DNA of 64,000 bases from Bacteroidota bacterium (GTDB lineage Bacteria > Bacteroidota > Ignavibacteria > UBA10030 > UBA8401), in NCBI GenBank assembly GCA_049317705.1, contig JBMOHT010000002.1:2862-66861 (forward strand), given 5' to 3'. The notes under the pieces were generated by a model. That model was not told where the DNA came from. It saw nothing but the letters and a program-made list of their open reading frames with translations, and made no database searches. Below are positions 45,832-54,871 of the stretch, in pieces. Position numbers and translations under genes: made by a program. The number at the start of each line of letters is the position of its first letter. The stretch's first letter is position 1.

Positions 45832-46681
45832 TTATCTCAACGACAGCCGTATCGGCAGACTTATCGAACAGGCATTGTTTGAGGATGTCGGTTTCGGTGA
45901 CATCACCAGCGAATCACTCATCCCTGAGGAACAGCTCGGGAAAGCGGAACTCATCGCCAAAGAGAGCGGTATCATCTCCGGTCTGGACATCGTGAAGCTC
46001 GTCTTCAGTTGTGTTGACGGTCAGGTGACGTTCGAACCTTCCGTTGTGGATGGTGCCTTGGTAGAAAAAGGAGTCTCGCTCGGACAGCTGCACGGTCCCG
46101 TGCGGAGTCTGTTGACCGGCGAGAGAGTTGCACTCAATTTCCTGCAGCGTATGTCCGGTATTGCTACACTCACGCACAAATACGTCCATGCCGTTGCCGG
46201 GACGAAAGCGAAGATCACGGATACACGAAAGACTGTTCCCGGACTGCGCGTTCTGGATAAGAAGGCCGTTGTGGACGGAGGCGGCATCAATCACCGGTTC
46301 GCGCTCGATTCCATGGTGCTGATCAAGGATAATCACATTGCTGCTGCCGGTGGAATTGTTCCGGCAGTGCAGAACTGCAGAAAGTATCTGAAGGAGAATG
46401 AGATCGACGTGAAGATCGAGGTCGAGACAACGTCGTTAGAGCAGGTTCGGGAAGTTCTGGCGATCGGCGGCATCGACCGCATCATGCTTGATAATTATTC
46501 ACTCGAGATGATGAGAGAAGCGGTTGCTCTGATCAACGGAGCCGTTGAGATCGAAGCATCCGGCGGTATCACACTGCAGACGATCCGTTCCGTTGCGGAA
46601 ACAGGAGTGGATGTCATCTCCGTTGGTGCTCTGACGCATTCACCCAAAGCATTGGACATTTCACTGGAATATATCTCATAG
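45821..46681 (+). CDS. nadC: Nicotinate-nucleotide pyrophosphorylase (carboxylating)
   Basis: LTGERVALNFLQRMSGIAT, DTRKT.PGLR, KDNHI, MLDN. Confidence 0.9.
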   Translation: MENNYLNDSRIGRLIEQALFEDVGFGDITSESLIPEEQLGKAELIAKESGIISGLDIVKLVFSCVDGQVTFEPSVVDGALVEKGVSLGQLHGPVRSLLTGERVALNFLQRMSGIATLTHKYVHAVAGTKAKITDTRKTVPGLRVLDKKAVVDGGGINHRFALDSMVLIKDNHIAAAGGIVPAVQNCRKYLKENEIDVKIEVETTSLEQVREVLAIGGIDRIMLDNYSLEMMREAVALINGAVEIEASGGITLQTIRSVAETGVDVISVGALTHSPKALDISLEYIS

Positions 46682-46748
46682 CATTTCCTTCATTCAAGAG
46701 GCATGTCCCGAAATAATGGGACGTGTCCTCTGACCGCATACACAAACT

Positions 46749-48197
46749 ATGTTCCAGCAGTTAAAACGACTCTTATCCGATACGGCCATTTACGGTGTCA
46801 GCACCATCATCGGACGATTGCTGAACTTCCTCCTCGTTCCGCTTTACACGCACATCCTCGCACCGGCGGAGTACGGCATCGTTGCCACGGTCTATTCGTT
46901 CATTGCGTTCTATACCATCGCTTACAGTTACGGACTTGAATCGGCTTATTTCCGATTTGCCGGCATGAAGGAGATCGGAGATGAGAAGGAGAATTTCAGT
47001 ACTCCATTCATCTCCTATATTTTTACCTCGACAATTCTCTCAGCTCTGCTGATCATCTTTGCCGCGCGGGCAACGGTCCTGTTCCAATTGGATGTGTCGA
47101 TGTCGCGCATCTGTTATTATGTAGCTGGCATCCTCTTCTTCGATACTCTTGCCCTGCTTCCATTTGCTGCACTGCGGCTTCACCGGAATGCAAAATTATT
47201 CTCCGCGATCAAGGTCGTGAATATCGTTCTGAATCTCGGACTCAGTATCATAACGTTGGTGCAGTGGAAGTGGGGGATCGAAGGGATCCTGTTCAGCAAT
47301 CTTGCCGCCTCCGTTGTGACATTCGCGCTGCTTGTTCCTTCTGCATTGAAGTATTTCCGGTTAACCTTCCGGCGCGATCTCTATAAAGAGATGATGAAAT
47401 TCGCTATTCCGCTCATCCCGGTCGCACTTTCGGGAATGGCGCTGCAGATCGCCGACCGTCCGATCCTGAAAATGCTTGTGGATGACCGCTCCGTCGGGAT
47501 CTATCAGGCGAATTACCGGCTTGGCATCTTCATGGCGGTGATCACCGCGACATTCGAGTATGCTTGGCGGCCGTTCTTCCTTTCACATGCGAAGGACCCG
47601 AATGCAAAACAGATGTTCTCCAGAGTGATGACATACTATCTGTTCATTACCCTCACGGTATTCCTGGTCCTGGTATTCTTTCTTGATGCGTTCATCAAAC
47701 ATAAATTCTACGGCGTAACGATCATCTCATCCGAGTATTGGGAAGGTCTCAATGTCGTGCCGTTCGTCCTTTTAGCGTATATCTTCAGCGGCATCGGGAC
47801 GAATCTCAATGCGGGGATCCAGATCGAAAAGAAGACGATGTATCTTCTACCGACATCACTTTCAGGTTCCATCTCCAATGTCGCTCTGAATTTCATACTC
47901 GTCCCAATGTTCGGCATCATGGGTGCCGCATATGCGACGACCATCGGGTATGCCATGGTCGCTCTTACATTATATTTTGTCGCACAGCGGTTCTATTATA
48001 TTGAATACGAATTCAGCCGGATCGCGAAATTGATCGGGACAGTGATCATTGCCTTCGCGGCGGCGCAAATGGTAGGGGAGAATGTCGGGCTTCGTTTGGT
48101 TGTGCTCCTTGTCTGGTTCGTCAGTTTGTTCGCCGTCGGTTTCTTTACCCGTGAGGAAATGGACCGCGTACGGAAGCTGCTTGTCAAAAAAACTTGA
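46749..48197 (+). CDS. Oligosaccharide/polysaccharide flippase-family membrane protein (MOP superfamily)
   Basis: 482 aa, about 14 TM helices. LLSDTAIYGVSTIIGRLLNFLLVPLYT..., GIYQANYRLG. Confidence 0.7.
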   Translation: MFQQLKRLLSDTAIYGVSTIIGRLLNFLLVPLYTHILAPAEYGIVATVYSFIAFYTIAYSYGLESAYFRFAGMKEIGDEKENFSTPFISYIFTSTILSALLIIFAARATVLFQLDVSMSRICYYVAGILFFDTLALLPFAALRLHRNAKLFSAIKVVNIVLNLGLSIITLVQWKWGIEGILFSNLAASVVTFALLVPSALKYFRLTFRRDLYKEMMKFAIPLIPVALSGMALQIADRPILKMLVDDRSVGIYQANYRLGIFMAVITATFEYAWRPFFLSHAKDPNAKQMFSRVMTYYLFITLTVFLVLVFFLDAFIKHKFYGVTIISSEYWEGLNVVPFVLLAYIFSGIGTNLNAGIQIEKKTMYLLPTSLSGSISNVALNFILVPMFGIMGAAYATTIGYAMVALTLYFVAQRFYYIEYEFSRIAKLIGTVIIAFAAAQMVGENVGLRLVVLLVWFVSLFAVGFFTREEMDRVRKLLVKKT

Positions 48198-48255
48198 CTA
48201 CAGTGCGATGATGTTGTATCTTGAACACAAGAAATTTTGATCTTTTCCATATGAC

Positions 48256-48374
48256 GTATTGGTGTCCCGACAGAATTAACGTCGGGGTGAAAATGGGAAT
48301 TCCGTTCAAATCGGAAGCTGACCCGCAACTGTAGATGGTGCGTAAGCATCATAAGCCAGGAGACCTGCCAATAC
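48256..48374 (+). promoter_or_regulatory. Cobalamin riboswitch aptamer (copy 1)
   Basis: P1 helix gtattgg / ccaatac. Core ggggtgaaaatgggaattccgttcaaatcggaagctgacccgcaactgta. B12 box aagccaggagacctgcc. Confidence 0.85.
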
Positions 48375-48434
48375 CGATATCGAATCACCTTCGTGGAATG
48401 AGGTGGCAGAAAAATTTGAACCTGAATTTTTTAT

Positions 48435-48469
48435 ATGCCTCATTGTCTCAATGAGGCATTTTTCGTTTT
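48435..48469 (+). terminator. Intrinsic terminator of the riboswitch 1 expression platform
   Basis: Perfect 10-bp stem atgcctcatt / aatgaggcat, loop gtctc, then ttttcgtttt. It lies 30 nt upstream of the ATG at 48499. Confidence 0.8.
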
Positions 48470-48498
48470 AAAGAACGCACCATCAGTTAGGAGACAGT

Positions 48499-49017
48499 AT
48501 GAACAAACAGACACAAGTATTGGTCGGAACGGTCCTGATCCTCGCAGCAGCATTCTCGCGTCTCATCCCGCATCCGATGAACTTTGCTCCCATCACCGCA
48601 ATAGCGCTCTTCGGCGGAATGTATTTCGATAAACGCATCGCTCCGGTGCTGCCTCTGGCGGCGCTGATCATCAGCGATTATTTCCTCGGAATGTATTCCG
48701 GCATCATCTGGGTCTATTCCGCATTCCTGCTGGTGACTTTTCTTGGTATGGCTGCGTCGAATAAACGCTCGGTCGGCATTGTTGCCGGTTCCACCGTGCT
48801 GGGTTCGGTCCTCTTTTTCATCATCACGAATTTTGGTGTGTGGCAGAGCGGCGAATTCTATCCGATGACGATGAGCGGACTTACTGCATGCTATGTCGCG
48901 GCGATCCCGTTCTTCCGCAATGCTCTTGTCGGAGATCTGTTCTATGTGACAGTCTTATTCGCATCCTATGAATTCGCGAAGAAGATGTTCCCCTCGCCGG
49001 ATTCGGTTAACGCATAA
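48499..49017 (+). CDS. Small polytopic membrane protein, putative corrinoid transporter (DUF6580 / S-component-like; assignment tentative)
   Basis: 172 aa, about 5-6 TM helices and no soluble domain. A Shine-Dalgarno aggag lies 6 nt upstream. It sits directly behind a cobalamin riboswitch. Confidence 0.6.
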   Translation: MNKQTQVLVGTVLILAAAFSRLIPHPMNFAPITAIALFGGMYFDKRIAPVLPLAALIISDYFLGMYSGIIWVYSAFLLVTFLGMAASNKRSVGIVAGSTVLGSVLFFIITNFGVWQSGEFYPMTMSGLTACYVAAIPFFRNALVGDLFYVTVLFASYEFAKKMFPSPDSVNA

Positions 49018-49059
49018 ATATCATTGCTCAAAAGTGAGCGAACGTTCTTTTTCATAACG

Positions 49060-49174
49060 CTGTTGGTGCCCCGATATAACGATCGGGGTGAAAATGGGAA
49101 TTCCGTTCAAACCGGAAGCTGACCCGCAACTGTAAGTTCCATCTGATGGAACAAGCCAGGAGACCTGCCAACAG
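49060..49174 (+). promoter_or_regulatory. Cobalamin riboswitch aptamer (copy 2)
   Basis: P1 helix ctgttgg / ccaacag. The core is the same as copy 1 with one mismatch, and the B12 box aagccaggagacctgcc is identical. Confidence 0.85.
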
Positions 49175-49256
49175 TCTGATTCAATACACCTTCGAGGAGT
49201 GAGGATGGATTGAGAAATGAAACGCCGGAATGCATCCCGGTCAAACGATATTTCTT

Positions 49257-49295
49257 AGCCCAATTTTCATCCTTGAAGATTGGGCTTTTTTATTT
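49257..49295 (+). terminator. Intrinsic terminator of the riboswitch 2 expression platform
   Basis: agcccaat / attgggct stem followed by tttttatttc. It lies inside the 5' end of the tracked ORF at 49230, which argues against that start. Confidence 0.75.
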
Positions 49296-49322
49296 CAAAA
49301 ATCTTTGATCCATCACACCATT

Positions 49323-51251
49323 TTGAAAAAAATCTTATTCGCGATATTATACCTTTCGGCATTCCTGTATTCCGCCGAGGATACTTCCAAAGTCTATCGG
49401 ATGACGGATGTTGTCGTGACCGGTATGCGGTCTGCTGTTCCTGTGGAACAGTTGCCATCATCCGTCCATGTGCTGGATAGTATGGAACTGTCTCAATTCA
49501 ACGGCACAACCCTGGCAGATAAGATCAAAAATTCGACCGGACTTGTTATGCGCAGTTATGGCGGGAACGGTGCGCTACAATCGGTCTCATTCCGCGGACT
49601 CGGTTCTGATTATTCCCTTATTCTCATCGACGGACAGCGCTATACATCGTACCAGATCAGCACGGTCGATGTCGGGATATTCCGGATGAATGAGATCGAA
49701 CGGATCGAGGTCGCTTCGGGCGGCAATTCCTCTCAATATGGTTCGGATGCGATCGGCGGTGTGATCAATATCGTCACCAAACGGCTTGACGGACGGATGT
49801 TCATCTCCTTTTCGAATACAATCGGTTCTTTCGGACTCTTCGGAATGCAGTTCAGTGCCGGAGGAGGAGATGACCGTTTCTCCTATCGGGGCGGGATCGA
49901 TCTTCGGCGTGCCTCTAACCGATACAACTTTCATTTCGATGACGGAACAGGTGTTATGATGCTTCAGCGTGGAGGAGCAGATTATGCGCTGAAAAATTAT
50001 TCGCTCTCCGTCCGTTCGGTATTTACAGTTGATATAGCGTCTCATGTTAGCATTCGCTACTCGACGGCGGACCGGGGACAGCCGGCAGCAGTAACGAATG
50101 TTCTGCAGAATAATCTCGGCAGGATCAATGACCGGGACCTGTTCATGAATTCCACAACCGATCTCCGGTTGTGGAGCGAGGTATTGCTGTCGCTCCCGAT
50201 TTCGTACCATTATAACAGGCAGACATTCTTCGATCCAGCGATCATTTCGAACGGTATACCGCTCGATGCGCAATATGAGAATAATGTTATCAGCACGGCT
50301 CCGCTTGTTCGGTATTCATTCTCACCCGATCATCATCTCACTGCTGGTGCAGAGATATCCTCTGCTTCGATCTCCAGCAACGAAGTATTTCCATCGCGTC
50401 GGGAACAGATCAGCGGTTTCATCTCCACCGAACATCATTTTTGGATGTTGACGGATGTGATTCTTTACCCGTCGGTACGTTATGATTCGTTCAGCGATAC
50501 TGAGGGGGATGTCTCTCCGAAAATAGGGTTCAATGTTTTGATCCTTGAAGATCCATCGATCCGTTTGCGCGCGAGTTATGGTAAAAATTACCGAGTGCCG
50601 ACGTTCAATGATCTGTACTGGATCCGCGGAGGGAATCCATATCTGAGTCCTGAGCATTCGAAGAATATCGATGCAGGCATAGTCGCCGGGGCACAGTCCG
50701 ACGATGTTGAGATCAGCGCCGAAGTGAATTATTTCCGAATTGATGCTTCTAATAAGATCGTGTGGCAGCCGGTCTCCATTACCGTCTGGAGTCCGGTCAA
50801 CCTGCAGTCCGTTACTTCGAAAGGATTCGAGGGAAAGACGAAGCTGAATCTCTGGAAGAATCTGCTGATGATCAATTATTCCTACAATTTTCTTCAAACA
50901 CGGAAGACCAGCGAGGATTTTCCGGGGGATGCATCCAAGGGTAAACTGCTGCCGTATGTTCCGCAGGAATTCTCATCCGTGTCGTTCGGGACGGCGTTCA
51001 ATGGATTCTCGGCGAATCTCACATACTCTTTTACTGGATTCCGATATGAAACATCGGATAATAATCCGCGGTTCTTCCTGCCTTCGTATGACAACATCGA
51101 TGCGAATATCTCATACGGATTTGCAGCGGCGGGACTTTCTTTTCGGCTGACTGCTGAGGTGAACAATCTTGCTGATATGGATTATCAATTGATCAGCGGG
51201 TATCCTGTTCCGTTACGGAATTACAATCTCACGACAACTATTTCTTATTAA
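49323..51251 (+). CDS. btuB: TonB-dependent outer-membrane receptor, BtuB-like
   Basis: An in-frame TTG at 49323 gives the signal peptide (L/M)KKILFAILYLSAFLYSAED. TonB box region RMTDVVVTG. Plug domain SVSFRGLGSDYSLILIDGQR, IERIEVASGGNSSQYGSDAIGGVINIVT. A 22-strand-sized barrel. It sits behind a cobalamin riboswitch. Confidence 0.85.
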   Translation: MKKILFAILYLSAFLYSAEDTSKVYRMTDVVVTGMRSAVPVEQLPSSVHVLDSMELSQFNGTTLADKIKNSTGLVMRSYGGNGALQSVSFRGLGSDYSLILIDGQRYTSYQISTVDVGIFRMNEIERIEVASGGNSSQYGSDAIGGVINIVTKRLDGRMFISFSNTIGSFGLFGMQFSAGGGDDRFSYRGGIDLRRASNRYNFHFDDGTGVMMLQRGGADYALKNYSLSVRSVFTVDIASHVSIRYSTADRGQPAAVTNVLQNNLGRINDRDLFMNSTTDLRLWSEVLLSLPISYHYNRQTFFDPAIISNGIPLDAQYENNVISTAPLVRYSFSPDHHLTAGAEISSASISSNEVFPSRREQISGFISTEHHFWMLTDVILYPSVRYDSFSDTEGDVSPKIGFNVLILEDPSIRLRASYGKNYRVPTFNDLYWIRGGNPYLSPEHSKNIDAGIVAGAQSDDVEISAEVNYFRIDASNKIVWQPVSITVWSPVNLQSVTSKGFEGKTKLNLWKNLLMINYSYNFLQTRKTSEDFPGDASKGKLLPYVPQEFSSVSFGTAFNGFSANLTYSFTGFRYETSDNNPRFFLPSYDNIDANISYGFAAAGLSFRLTAEVNNLADMDYQLISGYPVPLRNYNLTTTISY

Positions 51252-51273
51252 ATTATCACTCAAAGGGAAATCA

Positions 51274-52329
51274 ATGAAAGTTTTGACGTATATCATCTGT
51301 TCACTGCTGATCATCACCGGTTGCTCAAAGAATAATCCTGCCGTGCATAATGAAGAGAATGCTCTTTCGACCAAAGGCGTGTATATCCTGAACGAAGGGG
51401 GATTCACAAAATCCAATTCATCGCTGTCGCTGTATGTTCCTGATTCTGGGAAGGTCTATTCAGATGTCTTTTTTGCCGCAAATAACCGCGGACTCGGTGA
51501 TGTTGCGAATGATATCGTGCTGTTCGACAATAAAGCATACATCGTTGTCAACAATTCTCATAGGATCGAGATCATTTCAACCGATACACACAAACTGCTT
51601 GGCACGATCAATGTCGCAGGGAACAGTCCAAATAAGATCATCATTGCAAATGCAGCGAAAGGATATATTACCAATCTTTATAAAGGAACGGTGACGTCGT
51701 TCAATCCTTCGAATTATGCGATTATCAAATCTGATATTCCGGTCGGGATGAATCCGCAAGGCATGGCTGTCGCCTCAGGAAAACTCTTTGTGTGTAATTC
51801 CGGATATGGTGATGATAGCACTGTTTCGGTCATCGATATCTCCAAAGATTCCGTGATCGCCGTTATCAAGACCGCAAAGTCACCGACGGATATTGCCGTT
51901 GACAGCGACGGTGATGTCATTGTAGTTTGCAATGGCTATACAGATTTTTCGAATTCAAGCAATGATACTCCCGGCAATATCACCGTGATTGATGCAGTTA
52001 CGAATTCAGTTAAAGCAACGATTCCGCTCCCGTTGTCTTCCTATGGACATCCGGGAGAACTTGCTGTTTCTTCAAATGGGTATGGATTCACTGTCGTGAA
52101 GAACGGTATTTTGAAATTCGATACAAAATCCAACACGATAACTCAGTCCTCTTTCATCCCCAGAACTTCCTATTCGGTCGCAGTTGATAACGTTACTGAA
52201 CGTGTTTACCTTGGCGATGCGAAGGATTATAATTCCAATGGAAAGATCTATATCTATGATAAAACAGGAGTGTTGAAAGATTCAGCAACCGTCGGTATCG
52301 TACCTTGCACGATCGTGTTCAAAAAATAA
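51274..52329 (+). CDS. Lipoprotein, predicted beta-propeller (YncE/YVTN-like), candidate surface corrinoid-binding partner of the receptor
   Basis: Lipobox LLIITGC. Repeated about 40-aa blades (VYILNEGG, AYIVVNNSHRIEII, GYITNLYKGTVTSF, LFVCNSGYGDDSTVSVID, VIVVCNGY, ITVIDA, GFTVVKNGILKFD, VYLGDA, IYIYD). It starts 22 nt after the receptor gene. Confidence 0.65.
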   Translation: MKVLTYIICSLLIITGCSKNNPAVHNEENALSTKGVYILNEGGFTKSNSSLSLYVPDSGKVYSDVFFAANNRGLGDVANDIVLFDNKAYIVVNNSHRIEIISTDTHKLLGTINVAGNSPNKIIIANAAKGYITNLYKGTVTSFNPSNYAIIKSDIPVGMNPQGMAVASGKLFVCNSGYGDDSTVSVIDISKDSVIAVIKTAKSPTDIAVDSDGDVIVVCNGYTDFSNSSNDTPGNITVIDAVTNSVKATIPLPLSSYGHPGELAVSSNGYGFTVVKNGILKFDTKSNTITQSSFIPRTSYSVAVDNVTERVYLGDAKDYNSNGKIYIYDKTGVLKDSATVGIVPCTIVFKK

Positions 52330-52353
52330 CATATTTGGGAAATTTGGCTTTTC

Positions 52354-52389
52354 AAAGGCGGTGAATAATCATCGCCTTTTTTGTTTTTT
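52354..52389 (+). terminator. Rho-independent terminator closing the B12 unit
   Basis: aaaggcg / cgccttt stem followed by ttttgtttttt. Confidence 0.65.
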
Positions 52390-52432
52390 ATGGCTATATT
52401 CAAGTGAAATTTCATCATTTTTTGGGAAAAAT

Positions 52433-54136
52433 ATGCCTTCAATTTCAATATCATCCGGTTCAATCCAACAGAATTTCAACAACCAGTTCGGTGCTTTTGC
52501 AGCTCATTCCATAATAAAGCGGTTATGGGAAAAAGATCATACCATTTGGCGCAGCGAAGAGGTCCATAAGAAATCGATCCTTAACCGTCTGGGATGGCTG
52601 AACAGTCTTGACCTGATGATCGCCAACGCGGACATGCTCATCGCCTTCGGGAATGAGATCAAAGCGGCAGGTTTCAAGCATGTTGTGGTGCTCGGCATGG
52701 GCGGAAGCAGTCTCTGTCCGGACGTCTGCCGTGCAACTTTCGGTTCTGCTCCCGGTTTCCCGGCACTGCTGGTTCTCGACAGCACGAATCCGACGTCGGT
52801 CCTGCGGATCGAACAGCAGATCGAGCTTGCAACAACGCTCTTCATCGTCGCATCCAAATCCGGCGGGACTACCGAGACGAATATGTTCTACCAGTATTTC
52901 TATGATCGTGTTGGAACAGTGAAGAAGAATGCCGGCGAGAATTTCATTGCCGTCACCGATGCGAATACCAAAATGGAAGGCATTGCAAAAGAGAAACTGT
53001 TCCGGAAGATATTCATCAATCCCGAAGATATCGGCGGCCGGTATTCGGCTCTGTCGTATTTCGGACTTGTTCCGATGGCGTTGATCGGAATGGACATCAA
53101 GAACCTGCTTCACTCTGCGGACGAGATGAGGAAACAGAGCAAATTTGAACCAGTTCAGAATCCCGCCGCACAAATGGGCCTGCTGATGGGTGAAGCTCAC
53201 AACGAAGATATCGATAAGATGACATTCGTCATTTCTAAAGAGATCTCCACATTCGGCTATTGGGCTGAACAGCTGATCGCTGAAAGCACGGGAAAAGAAG
53301 GAAAAGGAATACTGCCGGTGGAAGGTGAAACGATCACCGATCAGTTCGATGCCAACCGGTTTGGTCCGGACCGGTTCGTGATCTTCCTGCTGCTTGAAAA
53401 AGATGCCTCAGCGTATGCTCATCTGCAGAAAGAATTGACGGAAAAGAATGTTCCGTATGCTGTTGTACTGCTGAAAGATATCTATGAACTCGGCTCCCAA
53501 TTCTTCCTGTGGGAATTTGCCACTGCAATTTCTGCCGTTGTATTGAAGATCAATCCGTTCGATGAGCCGAATGTGAAGGAAAGTAAAGACAACACGGTCA
53601 GCGTCATCGAAGAATTCAAAAAGAACAATGCGCTGCCGGTGAAGCATACCATCGTCAAAGAATCCCAGGCAACATTATTCGGTGAAGCGTCTTACGCTGC
53701 AACACTCTCCTCGCAGACTGTGGCGGGATTAATGAAAAAACATTTCGCCGGGAAAACGGGTCAGGATTATATCGCACTGCTGGCATATATCGATCAAAAT
53801 CCTGAGAATGAAGCACTGATGTATTCTCTGCGTGAAGAGCTCACAAAGATCTACGGACTTCCCGTTACGGTCGGATTTGGTCCGCGGTATCTCCATTCAA
53901 CAGGACAGCTCCACAAAGGCGGTAAACCGAACGGGATTTTCCTGATCATCACTGCTGATGAACCGAAGGATGTTGTGATCCCGGGTGAAGCATTCACGTA
54001 CGGCGTGCTCAAGAGTGCTCAATCCCTCGGTGATTATCAGTCCTTCGCCAACAGAGATCTTCGCCTTCTCCATCTGCACCTCGCGGGTGGCATCGAAAGC
54101 GGGATCAATTCACTGAAACAGTCATTGCTCCATTGA
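52433..54136 (+). CDS. pgi: Glucose-6-phosphate isomerase
   Basis: The ATG at 52433 lies downstream of the terminator, whereas the tracked start at 52361 lies inside it. SIS-domain motifs VVLGMGGSSL, FIVASKSGGTTET, DIGGRYSALS. Confidence 0.85.
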   Translation: MPSISISSGSIQQNFNNQFGAFAAHSIIKRLWEKDHTIWRSEEVHKKSILNRLGWLNSLDLMIANADMLIAFGNEIKAAGFKHVVVLGMGGSSLCPDVCRATFGSAPGFPALLVLDSTNPTSVLRIEQQIELATTLFIVASKSGGTTETNMFYQYFYDRVGTVKKNAGENFIAVTDANTKMEGIAKEKLFRKIFINPEDIGGRYSALSYFGLVPMALIGMDIKNLLHSADEMRKQSKFEPVQNPAAQMGLLMGEAHNEDIDKMTFVISKEISTFGYWAEQLIAESTGKEGKGILPVEGETITDQFDANRFGPDRFVIFLLLEKDASAYAHLQKELTEKNVPYAVVLLKDIYELGSQFFLWEFATAISAVVLKINPFDEPNVKESKDNTVSVIEEFKKNNALPVKHTIVKESQATLFGEASYAATLSSQTVAGLMKKHFAGKTGQDYIALLAYIDQNPENEALMYSLREELTKIYGLPVTVGFGPRYLHSTGQLHKGGKPNGIFLIITADEPKDVVIPGEAFTYGVLKSAQSLGDYQSFANRDLRLLHLHLAGGIESGINSLKQSLLH

Positions 54137-54146
54137 TAGAACTCCT

Positions 54147-54833
54147 ATGCATGAACTGATCGCTTCACTACAGAACGGCATCATTGTTTCCTGCCAGAAC
54201 GATCCGGATGATCCATTCGGCTCACCGGAACTGATCGCAAAATTTGCATTGTCCGCCGCAAACGGCGGCGCTGCCGGTATTCGCACCGAAGGGAGTGAGA
54301 ATGTCAAAGCGATCCATGCAGCGGTCGGTCTTCCGCTGATCGGTATCGTGGATGGTCAATTCGGCAACGGCTGGGTCTGTATTACACCGGATTTCATGGA
54401 TATTGAAGCGCTGCTGAAGGCCGGAGCCGACATCATCGCACTGGATGTTACACCGAGGAAACGTCCCAACGGACTGGATGGAATAGAATTCTTCCATGAA
54501 GTGCGGAATGCATACGACAATCCTCTCATCGCTGATATCTCTACATTCGAAGAAGGGATCCGTGCTGCGGAGATGGGTGCTGACGCTGTCGCCACTACAC
54601 TTGCCGGTTATACTGAATACACTCAGAAATCATTGACCGGTGAACCGGACTTTGCATTGATCGAAGAACTTGCACGTGCAGTGAAGATTCCGGTGATCGC
54701 GCAGGGACGAATCTGGACACCGCAGCATGCACAGGAAGCGCTGAAGCGCGGTGCATTCTGTGCAGTAGCAGGTGCTGCCATCACTCGTCCCAGAATGATC
54801 ACGCAGCGGTTTGTTGAAGCGTTAAAAAAATAA
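54147..54833 (+). CDS. nanE: N-acetylmannosamine-6-phosphate 2-epimerase
   Basis: GIIVSCQ, AANGGAAGIR, PLIGIV, ADISTFEEG, AQGRIWTP. Confidence 0.88.
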   Translation: MHELIASLQNGIIVSCQNDPDDPFGSPELIAKFALSAANGGAAGIRTEGSENVKAIHAAVGLPLIGIVDGQFGNGWVCITPDFMDIEALLKAGADIIALDVTPRKRPNGLDGIEFFHEVRNAYDNPLIADISTFEEGIRAAEMGADAVATTLAGYTEYTQKSLTGEPDFALIEELARAVKIPVIAQGRIWTPQHAQEALKRGAFCAVAGAAITRPRMITQRFVEALKK

Positions 54834-54871
54834 CTCAACAGCAACGCCGAAATAAATTATTTCCAAATTCT

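Noticed and set aside
48435-48671. ORFs of 65 aa (+) and 62 aa (-) across the leader and 5' end of the 48499 gene.
   Set aside because: They overlap the riboswitch terminator and the membrane-protein CDS. Nothing supports them beyond an open frame.
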